Source of the DNA: Chiloscyllium plagiosum
Taxonomy: Eukaryota
Length of the DNA: 36,076 nucleotides
Assembly: GCF_004010195.1 (NCBI RefSeq)
Contig: NC_057719.1
Location: 24,244,279 to 24,280,354, forward strand
Direction of reading: 5' to 3'
A model generated the notes under the pieces. That model was not told the DNA's origin, did not search any database, and saw only the letters and a list, made by a program, of their open reading frames with translations. This document shows positions 22,955 through 34,334 of the stretch, piece by piece. Position numbers and translations under genes: made by a program. Position 1 is the first letter of the stretch, and every line of letters starts with the position of its first letter.

Positions 22955-23450
22955 GAAAGTGAGGACTGCAGATGTAGAGATCAGAGTTGAAAAGTTTGGC
23001 CCTTGAAAAGCACAGAAGGTCAGGCATTATCTGAGGAACAGGAGAGTCAATATTTCAGGCATAAGCCCTTCATCAGGATTGTGCGGGGGAAAGGGGCTGA
23101 GCGATAAATAGGAGATTGGGGTGGAGGAAGGTAGTTGGGAAGACAATAGGTAGATGCAGGTGGGGGGTGATGGTGATAGGTCAGAAGGGAGGGTGGAGCA
23201 GATAGGTGGGAAGGAAGATGGACAGGTAGGACAGTTCAAGAGGGCGGTGCCAAGTTGGAGGGTTGGATCTGGAATGTGAAGGGGAGGTAAGAAAACTGGT
23301 GAGGTCGACATTGATGTTTGGTTGAAGAATCCCAAGGTGGAAGATGAATCGTCCGAGTGATTGGGGTGGCTTGGATTAGGCGGTGGAGGAGGCCCAGAAC
23401 TTGCTTGTCCTTGGCAGAATAGGAGTGGGAATTGAAGTGGTTAGTCACAG
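22955..23450 (-). mobile_element. Penelope-like element 3' fragment with terminal repeat
   Basis: The minus strand encodes NHFNSHSYSAKDKQVLGLLH... and is homologous to 6263-6865. It carries CTGATGAAGGGCTTATGCCTGAAA at 23076-23053. Confidence 0.85.
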
Positions 23451-23519
23451 GGCTATCTGGTCGTGTTGGATGAGAATCCTAATGCTCTCACTACCTGACA
23501 TCTCATGTTAAAGTGGCTG

Positions 23520-23800
23520 AGATGAATTGGTGGCTGTCACAAAGAGAGCATCAGTGCAATTCCAGATGCAGTAAAGTGCACAGAATTCTGAAATGTCACA
23601 GTCCCCAGTGCATCCCTGAAACACAAGCAACAAAATTAAGGGTAGCTGTTACATTTATGAATATCAGGATGTGATTGCTTCCAAGTCCATGCAACCTCAG
23701 ATCTTCATTCAGTACATGGCACAGTTGTGACATGAAGGCTCAAATCATTCTGAGACATTCCTGCGTTGTTCTGTACACTGGCTCTTACTCATCTGCGGCT
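23520..23800 (-). mobile_element. Harbinger (HARBI1-like) transposase fossil
   Basis: Frameshifted translation QMSKSQC... QLCHVLNEDLRLHGLGSNHILIFINVTATLNF / FQGCTGDCDISEFCALYCIWNCTDALF matches the recalled PIF/Harbinger pattern KVT.ALNF.A.GSFQ..TGD..GISQ.....CI..VTDALF. Confidence 0.7.
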
Positions 23801-24177
23801 AACGACCCCTAAGCCTCAAGATCCTGTTTGGAGCCAGATTTCTTAGACATGTGAGCTGTCATCCTGCTTCTTTTCCCTCTATAGATTGCGTGTCAGCTGG
23901 CAGCAGTTGCTGCGTCGACTCTGTGCTCTTCTACAACACTTTCTTTGTAACTTAGGATTGCAAAAGATAACTGCACAGTTGACATCTGTCATGCTTCTTT
24001 CACTTTCAGTAGATACTAAAGGGAAAAATCAGTAAAAACAGTAATACTTGAAAACAAACATACCCATTCTACTAGAACTCCTTTTTAATTCATTCATGGG
24101 AAATGTATATGGAAGAATACAAGTCAAACTAGTATACCTCATTTTTTATTCTTTTGTTTCCTTCATCCTTCAAAACA

Positions 24178-24300
24178 TTCTGAAGGGCCACGAGACCTCA
24201 AAATATTGACTGTTCTCTTTCCACAGACACTGCCAGATCTGTTGAGTTTCTCCAGCAATTCCAGTTTTTGTTTCAGAATCCCATCATAAACAGCTCTTTG
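24178..24300 (+). mobile_element. Penelope-like terminal-repeat fragment
   Basis: TCTCTTTCCACAGACACTGCCAGATCTGTTGAGTTTCTCCAGCAATT...TTTTTGTTTCAGA is the same family as 20714-20845. Confidence 0.6.
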
Positions 24301-24769
24301 TTTTATTCTTAGTAAGTGAAAGGACACTGTCTTAGTGAACACTGTCATAGTCAATTGGCATTGACATCCTTCCTCATTGTGTTCCATGCTATGCCGGCAC
24401 AGAGGTTCATCTTATACGTTGGCCAATGCCTCAGACACCTAAATATATGGGAAATTTGCTTCTTGAGAGGACAGATGTTTGCTGCCACCACAGGAACTTG
24501 CAGGCATCTACTACAGCAGGGTTACCTGCAAACCTGAAATCCCACTCCCATGCACATTAGTCATCCTAATGACTCGAATCAATAAATGTGGATGTTACCT
24601 TGGCATGAAGCAGCTTCTGCCGCGACACTGTCCTTTGAACCCTCTTCCAAACCCCTTCTTCTTGTCTGTGAGTAAATGGCAATGGCAGTGTGATGGCTTG
24701 GAGTTCCAGTAACTGAGACCCTGACTAATGGAGAAGACAAGGTACCTTGCTCTATTCTTCTAATTTTTT

Positions 24770-25032
24770 AAGATTAGATTACTTACATTGTGGAAACAGG
24801 CCCTTCGGCCCAACAAGTCCACACCAATCCACCGAAGTGCACCCACCCAGACCCATTCCCCTACGTTTACCACTGTACCTAACACTATGGGCAATTTAGC
24901 ATGGCCAATTCACCTAACCTGCACATTTTTGGACTGTGGGACGAAACCGGAGCACCCGGAGGAAACCCACACAGACACGGGGAGAATGTGCAAACTCCAC
25001 ACAGTCAGTCGCCTGAGGCGGGAATTGAACCC
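24770..25032 (-). mobile_element. 5'-truncated HE1-type SINE
   Basis: High similarity to 21017-21270, including the agattagatt tail. Ends at the B box (GGGTTCAATTCC on the minus strand). Confidence 0.9.
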
Positions 25033-25723
25033 AAGAGGTCACAAGATGACAATCAGGAGTTCAGGTTAGACTTCGATAGCATGTCATAGAGTCAAAGAGA
25101 TGTACAGCACAGAAACAGACCCTTCAGTTTAACTCATCCATGCCAACCCGATATAACCTGATCTGGTCCCATTTGCCAGCACTTGCTGCATATCCCTATG
25201 CACCCTTCCTATTCATATACTCATCCAGATGCCTTTTAAATGTTGTAATTGTACCAACCTCCACCACTTCCTCTGGCAGATCATTCCATACATAAACCAC
25301 CCTCTGTGTGAAAAGGTTACCCCTTTTATATCTTTCCCCTCACACCCTAAATCTCTGCCCTCTAGTTCTGGACTCCACCACCCCAAGGAAATGACCTTGT
25401 CTATTTATCCTATCTATGTCCTACATGATTTTATTAACCTCTGTAAGGTCCCCCCTTCAGCCTCCGACGCTCCAGGGAAAACTGCCCCAACCTATTCAGC
25501 CTCTCCCTATAGCTCAAATCCTCCAACCCTGGCAACATCCTTGTAAATCTTTTCTGAACCCTTTCAAGTTTCACAACATCCTTCCGATAGGAAGGTGACC
25601 AGAATTGCACACAGCATTCCAAAAGTGGCCTAAGCAATGTCCTGTACAGCCACAACACTCCCAACTTCTGTACTCAACACTCTGACCAATAAAGGAAAGC
25701 TTACCAAACACCTTCACTATCCT

Positions 25724-25920
25724 TGAGGAGAAAGTGAGGGCTACAGATGCTGGAGATCAGAACTGAAAATGTGTTGCTGGAAAAGCGCTGCAGGTCAGGC
25801 AGCATCCAAGGAACAGGAGAATCAACGTTTCCTGAAGAAGGGCTTATGCCCGAAACGTTGATTCTCCTGTTCCTTGGATGCTGCCTGACCTGCTGCGCTT
25901 TTCCAGCAACACATTTTCAG
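25724..25920. mobile_element. 197-bp palindromic Penelope-derived insertion with 15-bp TSD
   Basis: Inverted arms at 25763-25831 and 25852-25920 (one mismatch). CACCTTCACTATCCT is duplicated at 25709-25723 and 25921-25935. Confidence 0.9.
25828..25864 (+). ncRNA. Candidate minimal type I hammerhead ribozyme motif
   Basis: CTGAAGA-A-GGGC(TTAT)GCCC-GAAA-CGTT has both conserved core boxes, stem II and a palindromic ACGT stem III. Stem I is weak in this copy. Confidence 0.55.
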
Positions 25921-27503
25921 CACCTTCACTATCCTATCTACCTGCGACTCCACTTTCAAGGAAGTGTGAACCTGCACTGCAAGGTTTCTTTGTTCAGCAC
26001 ACTCCCCATTAAGTGTATAAGTCCTGGCCTGATTTGCTTTTCCAAAATGCAGCATCTCGCAATTTATCTAAATTAAACTCCATTTGCCACTGCTTAGCCC
26101 ATTGGCCCGTCTGATACAGTTCCCATTGTAATCTGAGGCAACCTTCTTCACTGTCCACTACACCTCCAATTTTGGTGTCATCTGCAAACTTACTAACTGT
26201 ATCTCCTATGTTCACATCCAAATCATTTATATAAATAATGAACAGCAGTGGACCCAGCACCAATCCTTGTGGCACTCCACTGGTCATAGATACTCTTAAA
26301 ATCATTTGGATCAAGTTAAACCAGATTGAATGAAATTAAAGGATACCAGCTACTTAATGGGGCACTTTAACAAAAATCAAATATTCAAATAAAAATTACA
26401 ATATTTAAATTAAATATGATATTAGATGGTAATAATACACTCCAGCCCTTGAGTGCACCACCCACAGAAAAGGTCAAGCATTCTGGTGCTGGACACTGTG
26501 TGCTTCCTCTTCGGGGCACTCAAGTATGGACATAGCTGCAGAAAAAGGGTGCAGTCGGGCCAAACAACTCCCTGACTGCACCCTCCCCACATCTCGGACA
26601 AAGTGACCGTGACACGCCTTAACCAACCCTTCCCCCTGCTCAACCTTCAAAACCGTGCAGTCCTCTCCCCCTCCTATTGGATCTCAGCCTGCTTTATTCA
26701 ATTCTTCTTTATAACTATGATCATTCCGTCAGCTAGTGAATGCAAACAGGACAATCCCAAGATATGAGCTGCTCATTTGGCCTTTGAACTGGCTGTGCTA
26801 GTCCATGAAGTTGTGACTGTTCCAGTGGTGATTTCACCTTTATTTCCTGTCGGCCCACATAACCCTGACCCCCTCCCCCACCCATCAAGATACTATCTAA
26901 TGCTCCCTTGAATCAATTCATTAGCCTAACCTCCATTTTCTATGCCAGAAATTCTGTTATGAAACTTATGAAGGGCTTACTCTTCTATACCCAATAAAAG
27001 GTTTGAATTTTGAAAACGATTCATGATAATACAACATTGTGAACAAATTGTATAAAAGGAAAAATATATATAGCTCACTGAAAACATATGGTGCAGTTGC
27101 CATGGTATCTGGGATAAGACAAGTAAAATATAAATAGAACAGGGCACAGAATAGGAACCACATCACAAAGAAAATGAAATGTAGAGGAAATCAAATAGTG
27201 AAAACAACCTAATATCTATGGGCAGGAATTTCTTTGTTTGAAACATAATATGGAGAAAAGTGGGAGGAACATCCATTAGGGACAGTTCAGGATTTCCCAC
27301 ACAATCACATTCTTCACAGCTTATTGTGTTATGCACATGTGGGTAAAACACCAAGTTTTGTTGGCAGGAAGTTCTGAAGCCTTCTGCGACCATCTTGGCT
27401 CTAATGTGCAGACGGTATGTTTGAAAGATATCGAGAAGCACTTAACTCTGTGCATCCCAGAAGCATCTCTTAACTTCACCTCCACCCAGAGACCAGGCAA
27501 TGA

Positions 27504-27690
27504 GTGATGCTGAGCTTCAGCAATGCCTTGTTAGATGTTCTCCTGAGGCTGTCCAGGACAGAGCAAGCTCTTTTCCTTGAGGATGGCAACAAGAGGTTAT
27601 CCCAGTGCCTGGACAGATGTGGCTCCACACCATCAATGTCTGTGGACTCAAGAGATTCTTACAAGAAGATGAAAGATTTGTGTTCTTATG
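27504..27690 (+). mobile_element. Harbinger-associated Myb/SANT-like gene fossil
   Basis: FSNALLDVLL...ALFLEDGNKR, a frameshifted AWTDVA (GCC TGG ACA GAT GTG GCT) and YKKMKDL fit the F(S/T)..E...L / W..VA / KK..DL pattern of Harbinger second ORFs. Confidence 0.55.
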
Positions 27691-28209
27691 GGGCTTGTGC
27701 CACTATCTAATCAATACTTGCTGTTCCTAGGAATGAAAATTAGTATTGCAAAGTTGTTACTGGTGACGACAGTTACACAGAATGTTGAGTGGCTGGCAGC
27801 TCCACCAGATGCTTCATGCACAATCACAGTTCATTACAGATACAGCTGTGACACTATTGGCTCCACAGTGGCACTGCCTTTCCCACATCTGCCAGGGGTC
27901 ACACAAAACATCAAAAGAGCTACAACACACAGCAACGTACGCACAATTACATCACTGATCTCCCATTGCAATTAAGAGAACATACATATTTGATAATGTC
28001 TCATCAAAGGCTTGTTTTGGACAAGGACACAACCACTGAAGATGTCCTTTGGAATTAATCCTCCTTTGAAGTGAGATGTTCTACCAAAGTAAGTAATGAG
28101 TGTGTAGAGAAAATAGCTATTATGATAGTTAACCCTGGCAGTGTTCAGGCACATTATTCTTGTGGTAGCTGGAGGACAACTTATGCACTTCCTGGCCCCA
28201 CAGAAACAA

Positions 28210-28330
28210 TTTTAGATATTTTCTAATCAACCCATTCAGCGATATTATGACACACCCAGGAGCAAGTAGGACTTGAACCTGGGTCTCCTGGCTCACAGGT
28301 AAGGATATTACCACTGTGTCTCAAGAACCC
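28210..28330 (-). mobile_element. Short tRNA-derived SINE
   Basis: The minus strand has TGAGACACAGTGGTAA (A-box-like) and GGTTCAAGTCC (B box). Confidence 0.65.
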
Positions 28331-30357
28331 TCACAGATGTAATTTTAGACATTTCTGAAAAGGCCTCTTTTGCTATTCTTCCAAGTATTACAGAGGAGAT
28401 AATCCACAACAAATGACTTTCCCAGTAAGTAGTTAAAATGCCGTTGGGATCTTACGTAGGTGATGAGACCCTGCTAATAAATTGATGTAGCTGCTGTTTG
28501 ATTTGGGTAGGTGCCTTCACCACCCAGCAAAATGCGCTGGTAATGGGCCCAAGAGTAAATGTACCACAGTCCAATTTATCTCCGCTGCTGCCTATGTTTT
28601 ATTGGCCAGTGAGAGTTAAAATCTGAACTCCTGTTTTTCTGATAAATAGTTCATAATATTCATGTACATGATTCCAAAAAACAACCATATTTCCATCAGT
28701 TGTAAACTGTAGCAATAGAGAAGGTTGCGTTAACTTTGAATATTAAATAAGTATAATTTGATACAAGACACAACTGTAATGAAATGTTTGTGAATCAAGT
28801 GAATAGCTTTGGTATGAATTGAACAAATTGACCCAGGTATGACCTATGGAGTTTATTTATAAGGAACGCAATAATAGTGCGCTTGACATTATGGTCACAA
28901 TGAACTTGAGAACTAACTACCACCAGCTCAAAGAAATGTTTTATAGGATTATCAAGAATTTGACCTATTGTTCTATTATGCACATCATACATATCATTCT
29001 GGAGATATTTCGGTACACTCCCCAAGTAACTCAATTACAACTTATTAACTGCAACTGACTCCTTCATGTGGCTGCATTCTTCAACCTGGAAAAAAGTGTT
29101 CTTTGCCGATTTTTAACTCAATTAAATTATTTTGAATGGCGGTAGAGGTACTTAATAATTTCGTCAGATTTCAAATTATTCCATGTTAATCATTGGAATT
29201 GTTGATATGCCAACTTGCTTAACAGGTTAATTTGGCCAAGTAATGCAACTGCACATCTCAACTCAAATGAGAAGAAATGGATTGTGAAAGGTCCCTGATA
29301 GATTATCTATTGTATGTTGCCAGGCACTTCATGCAAAGCTGAAAGTTGTATTAAAGTTATTCAATGTATTCAAACTTGAACTGAGCATTGTTTCGTCTGT
29401 TTTAACAGAAGTTATTTTCTCATTTCTCTCTCCATAATCTTCCTTGGAGAAGTCAAGCTTGTTTTTTGGGCCTACTATAGAAAGAAAAATGTAAAATCTC
29501 AATTGCTATTATCGTGTCCCGGTACAGTCTGAATGTCAAATTAATTTTTATATTTTAAAACTGACCACAAAGGCTGAAAATGATGGCCACCTGATGATCC
29601 AACAGGTTTGGGAAATTTAGGGATTGGAACCCCTCCTCTATCTCAAGAAAGTAACAAAAGGAACCTTTTGGACTGAATTGGTACCAATGCACTTTCATGA
29701 AACTAATTCAAAAGGTTTATATCAATTGTATGGGTCTTTCAAATTAAAATGCAACAATCTTTTCAGGTTCTCAAGACAAAATCCACATCACAGGATTTAT
29801 AATGGACCTAATGACCCAAATTATTTGGAAAAGGATTCTGGACTTGTAGCAGGTGAAAGAAAGCCATTTTCTCTACTTGCTTTTAAAAATCCAAGAAGCT
29901 GCCTTGAGTACATAGTGCCATTCAAAAATCCATTGAAATAGCTGGAAGTCATCTAAGCAGCCAAGGTAAAAAATAGCTATGCTTTGAAAGTGGAAGAAGG
30001 ATTTCTCCCTGTTCATGTTTACCTGAGGGGAAAGAACATGAATTTTAAAAAAGTAAAACTAGAAAATGAACATATGGGTCATACTGGATTTCAATTTACA
30101 AGTATACCAGAGAAGTCAGACCAATTTCCATTATTTCCATGTTTTAGTTCTGGAAATTTGACTACTGTACCAGAAGCCTTGCAGCTTACGAAGAGTCCAA
30201 TGTTTTACAAGATCTTCACAACTACAGCATCAACTCACCTAAGCCACAAAAGACACTGAAGTGCTAAATTATAATTATTGTTTAACTTTCATCTGTATCT
30301 ATATTTGTGTATGTGAGATAACTGAATGAAAAATTATATTTTAAGTGTCCAGGGTAA

Positions 30358-30474
30358 CACGAACGATGTTACCTAGTGTGGTGACGAAATGTCTGAGAAC
30401 AGATCTACCAGCTCAGTGAGCAAACTTACAACCTGATCCACATCCTGAGCTACAAATCTTTTCCAAAATCATGA
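30358..30474 (+). mobile_element. 117-bp insertion with 10-bp TSD, probable solo Penelope-type terminal repeat
   Basis: TCCAGGGTAA occurs at 30348-30357 and 30475-30484. The internal GTTACC-tagtgt-GGTGAC-GAAATGTC is hammerhead-like. Confidence 0.65.
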
Positions 30475-30759
30475 TCCAGGGTAATTGTGCAACTATAAAT
30501 AACCTTCTAAATTTTAAAACTCTCAGCTTGCTGTTGGAATTATTGAATTAAGACAATCACTTTAAGAGTTAAAAAAAAAACTCAGGTACTAACATGTTAA
30601 TCATTTGCAAAGGAAAAACAGAATCACAAATTCTGTCTCTGAGACTAAGGAATCTGAGTTTATGCACAGCTTGACTCATCAGATCACATATTATTGATAA
30701 TTGTGTTTGATCATTTTACAAGGCACTTTATTTTGCTGCAATGCCAAGGCATACAGACA

Positions 30760-32655
30760 GGCCCATTAAATGTGGTCAAGCCACATATTTATTACAGACT
30801 GTCAACATACTCTGCATCTTTACAGATTTAAGAGCGTGTTGCAGCTGTAATAGGTGGGAACTATTGGATGCTGGTTTGATCCATGGTGACCATATTTGCA
30901 GCAAGTGTTGGCTGATTGAGGAACTTTAGCTGGAATCTGAGCTGCAGATACTGTGACACATCAGAAAGGGTGAGAGGTACACTGTTTGGGGATGCAATCA
31001 CACCACTTAATTACATCAAAATTGGTCTGTGATCTGGGCAGGAAGGTGTGACTGCAAGCGAGGCAAGTATAGGGAACCAGAACTTAGGTTTGGAGAAGCC
31101 TCAGCTAATGCCCTTCTCCAATAGCTACAAAGGCACAGATTGAAATGAGGATAAGCAAACTCAACACAGTGATCCAGAACCCATTTAAGTTTGGGGCTGA
31201 GAAGATAAGTGTATTCGTAATAGAATACAGCATGATTAGGGGAGAAGATACTATTCTCTGCAGCAATGTCAGAGTCCCAACAGCTGTGTTTCCTATCAGG
31301 TGTCAATGTTGGGAAAGGAGAGAGTTGTTCCATTGAGATGGGTTTCATTTGCATCATATTGGGACCAGTGTCCTGAAGAATCATACAACTAGGGTTGCAA
31401 ACAGAGCTTGAAAATAATTAGTGGAAGGGCAGATGAAGGTTCAATTAAGGGGAAGTTGAAATGAGACATTGGAACTGCAGGTTAGTGAAAGGGCAAACAA
31501 TAATCAAAGTGTGACAGGTAAATGCATATGCAGAAGAATGCAAGAGAAAACAGAATAATATTGCTTTAAAAATTAAAGTTTAAGGCTCTTTATTTGAATA
31601 CACATAGCATTTATAGCAAAATAGATTGGCTGACAGCATAATCAGAAATAAAGGAATGACCTAAAAGCTTTTATAGAGACGTGGTTACAACATGACCAAG
31701 ACTGGGAACCCAATATTCAAAAGTATTTGAAGTTCCAGAATAATAGGCAAAGAGGAGAAGTCTGTTAATAAACAACTGTATCAGCATGGTGAGCAGTGAT
31801 TTAGGTGTAATATATTTTGATGGAAACAAAGTTTGGATGGAAACAAGGACGACAAAGAAAATAAATCATGGGTGGGAGTCATCTATAGGCCCTTGTGTCA
31901 CCTCACTCTAGGACAAGGTTAAATCCGGAAATCATGGAGGTGTGTAAGAACAATTGTCAGGGTGATTTTAACCTTTACAGTGACTAAACAAATCAGATTG
32001 GCATGTGTGACATGCAAGATAATTTCAGAGACTGCTTCTTAGAACATTATACTGCTGAACCTACCCAAGAGCAGGTTATTTTAGATCTAGTAATAAATAA
32101 TGAGGTAGGATTAATTACAGATCTTGTAGTTAAAAATACTCTAGGGGGTAGTGATCACAGCATGGTAGAATTTCCAATTCAGTTTGAGGGAAAACAAGTT
32201 GGGGCTCAAACCAGTGTCAACTTTAAAAAAAAGGACAATTACAGAGGTCTGAAGGACAGTTGTCTCAAGTGAGCTGGGAAATAGACCAAGGGGAAAGTCA
32301 ATGGATCAGCAGTGGAAGATATTTATGTAGATGTTTCATAATATTCAGTAAAACATTATTCTGGCAAAAAATGATTCAATAAGAAGGATGATCCACTTGT
32401 GGTTAACAAAGGTGATCAAAGAGAACAACTAATCAAAAACTAAGAAATACAAAGCAGTGAAAACTAGTGGTGGGCCACAAGGATTGTGATACTCTTTTGG
32501 AACTGATGGCAGAAGACTAAAAGGCAGAAAAGGGGAATATTGATTCTGAAAGTCAATTGCTAAGAAATATCAAAGCAATCAGTAAAAGCTTCTACAAATA
32601 TATAAAAAGAGTAGTTAAAGTACTGTTGGACCTTTGGAGAACGCAGCTGGGGAAG
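30760..32655 (+). mobile_element. Degraded CR1 5' half (ORF1 zinc finger and ORF2 endonuclease region)
   Basis: Contains CCSCNRWEL...DHICSKCWLIEEL (ORF1), ETWL / GVIYRP / GDFN-like remnants, and EPTQEQVILDLVINNE...LGGSDHSMVEF. Confidence 0.8.
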
Positions 32656-33637
32656 TGTCATTTTGTCATTTACTATAAAGTTTTGTTTGTCTTTATGTTA
32701 CAATTCACAAGTCATTCTTGTCAATATTTCGTATCAAAACCCCATGCAGACAAATCCCTTGGTAAGCATCAAATTCAGTTTAATGGGAAGTACAAACTGT
32801 GCCTGTTCCATTTTAACAAAATATGTGACAGCCACTCAATGGTTCATTCCTCAGGACAAGGTCATGAGCAATCTAAACCAACCTGCCTTGAATAACATTT
32901 TAAAAAGCCTTGCAGTTAACTATGCATCAGCATTCATAGGTAATGCTTGTACCAATCAGAATCAACTTGCCAATTAAACAGCAATTAAAACTCTCCTGGC
33001 ATGCAATCTAAATGTTGGGTTTTCCCCCTAATTTGGTACTCTTGTGAAATGTTGTGATGACGGCAAGATGAAAACAAAATGTATCTTATTTCAAAAATTT
33101 AAAAATGAATCTGTGGGCAAGTACAATAGTTAGGCCAGAGTCTACTATTATGTGAAGATTTAGAGACACTAACGCCATAAGAATTAATACAGGTTTACTA
33201 AGACATTGTCAGTAATGGGAAACCATGCTGAAGAGGAAAGTTTTGAGATACTGGAGGTATTTTCATGGAGGCAAAAATGAAATTCAATTAAGGTTTATTA
33301 AAATCCTTTATGATTTTAAATAAGGGGAATATGGGAAAAAGTGTCCCCTGGAGAGAGAGATTGCTGTAACAACGTCTCACCTTGGATACATTGAATTAAA
33401 TGTTCTTCATCTACTCTGTAAATTTGTAAAGATGTTTTGGATTTTTACCATCACAAAAACAAACTTGTCTGATATGTAATTAAAAGAAAGTTTAATCATC
33501 ATGAGCTCCTATGAACTAATCGCAATATTGTCAGTAGCAAAACGATAATGATAGATGTGTTAAATAATCATGTTGTATTTACTAACTTTCAATTGAAGCA
33601 GGGATTCACTATAATTATCGTAATCATATTAACAACA

Positions 33638-34330
33638 ATGAGGAAGATTATGTCAATGAAGAGTAGTAAATTTCCAGGACCAAATGGTTTTCAACTTAGG
33701 AATTTAAAGGTAGTGGGCGAGAATATTGCTAACAACCTAACTATGATCTACCAAAGTTCTTTTGATTCAAGAACCATTCCTCTAGTTTGGAAAATTCCAT
33801 GTGTAATTCTCCTAATTGAGAAAGAATTAGATGGAAAGAAACCAGGTAATTTTCATCAGTTGACATACCATCTCACTAGTGTCTATAATTAAAGATGGAA
33901 CAATTAAACACCTTGAGAATCTTCAGATGATCAGACATTTCAGGAAAGATTTATACAGGATAGGTCATACCTGATGAAGGGGAAACTAGAATAGTAGCTG
34001 GAGACAGATCAATGGATGTTATTTAAATGTACTTCCAAAAAGCTTTCAGTGCAGTCTGTCATTAGAGACTGCTAGTTAAAGTCAAAGCTCATAAAAAGTG
34101 ACGGCAAATTATCAACCCATTGAGGAAATTAGCTGACTAGCTGGAGATAGAGAATAGGGTTAATGGGCAGATACTCTAATTGGTCTTGTGAACTTGTATT
34201 GTCCCAAGGATCATGCTTGGGTCTCAACTAATCACTATATTTATTAATGACTTCAATGATACATTAGAATGTCATGTATCTAAGATTGCCAATGACAGAA
34301 TAACGTGTGGCATTGTAAGCAGCGTAGGTG
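33638..34330 (+). mobile_element. Degraded CR1 RT region, probable continuation of 30760-32655
   Basis: Translates MKSSKFPGPNGFQLRNLK...IYQSSFDSRTIPLVWK. YFQKAF, VPQG-like and IFINDF remnants follow. Confidence 0.8.
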
Positions 34331-34334
34331 TATG

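Larger units (their letters stand above)
25085..26285 (-). mobile_element. CR1 LINE 3' ~1 kb, relatively young
   Basis: Translates TSGVPQGLVLGPLLFIIYINDLD...SKFADDTKIGG and LYRTLLRPLLECCVQFWSPSYRKDVVKLERVQKRFTRMLPG. Confidence 0.92.

Noticed and set aside
26420..26900. Moderately GC-rich block suggesting a regulatory element or repeat
   Set aside because: I could not assign a family or motif by eye. Probably an unclassified repeat.
28795..29034. 79-aa minus-strand ORF with vague resemblance to a transposase C-terminus (HCDHNVKRTII)
   Set aside because: Too little motif support to assign without a profile search, and no clear splice or start context.
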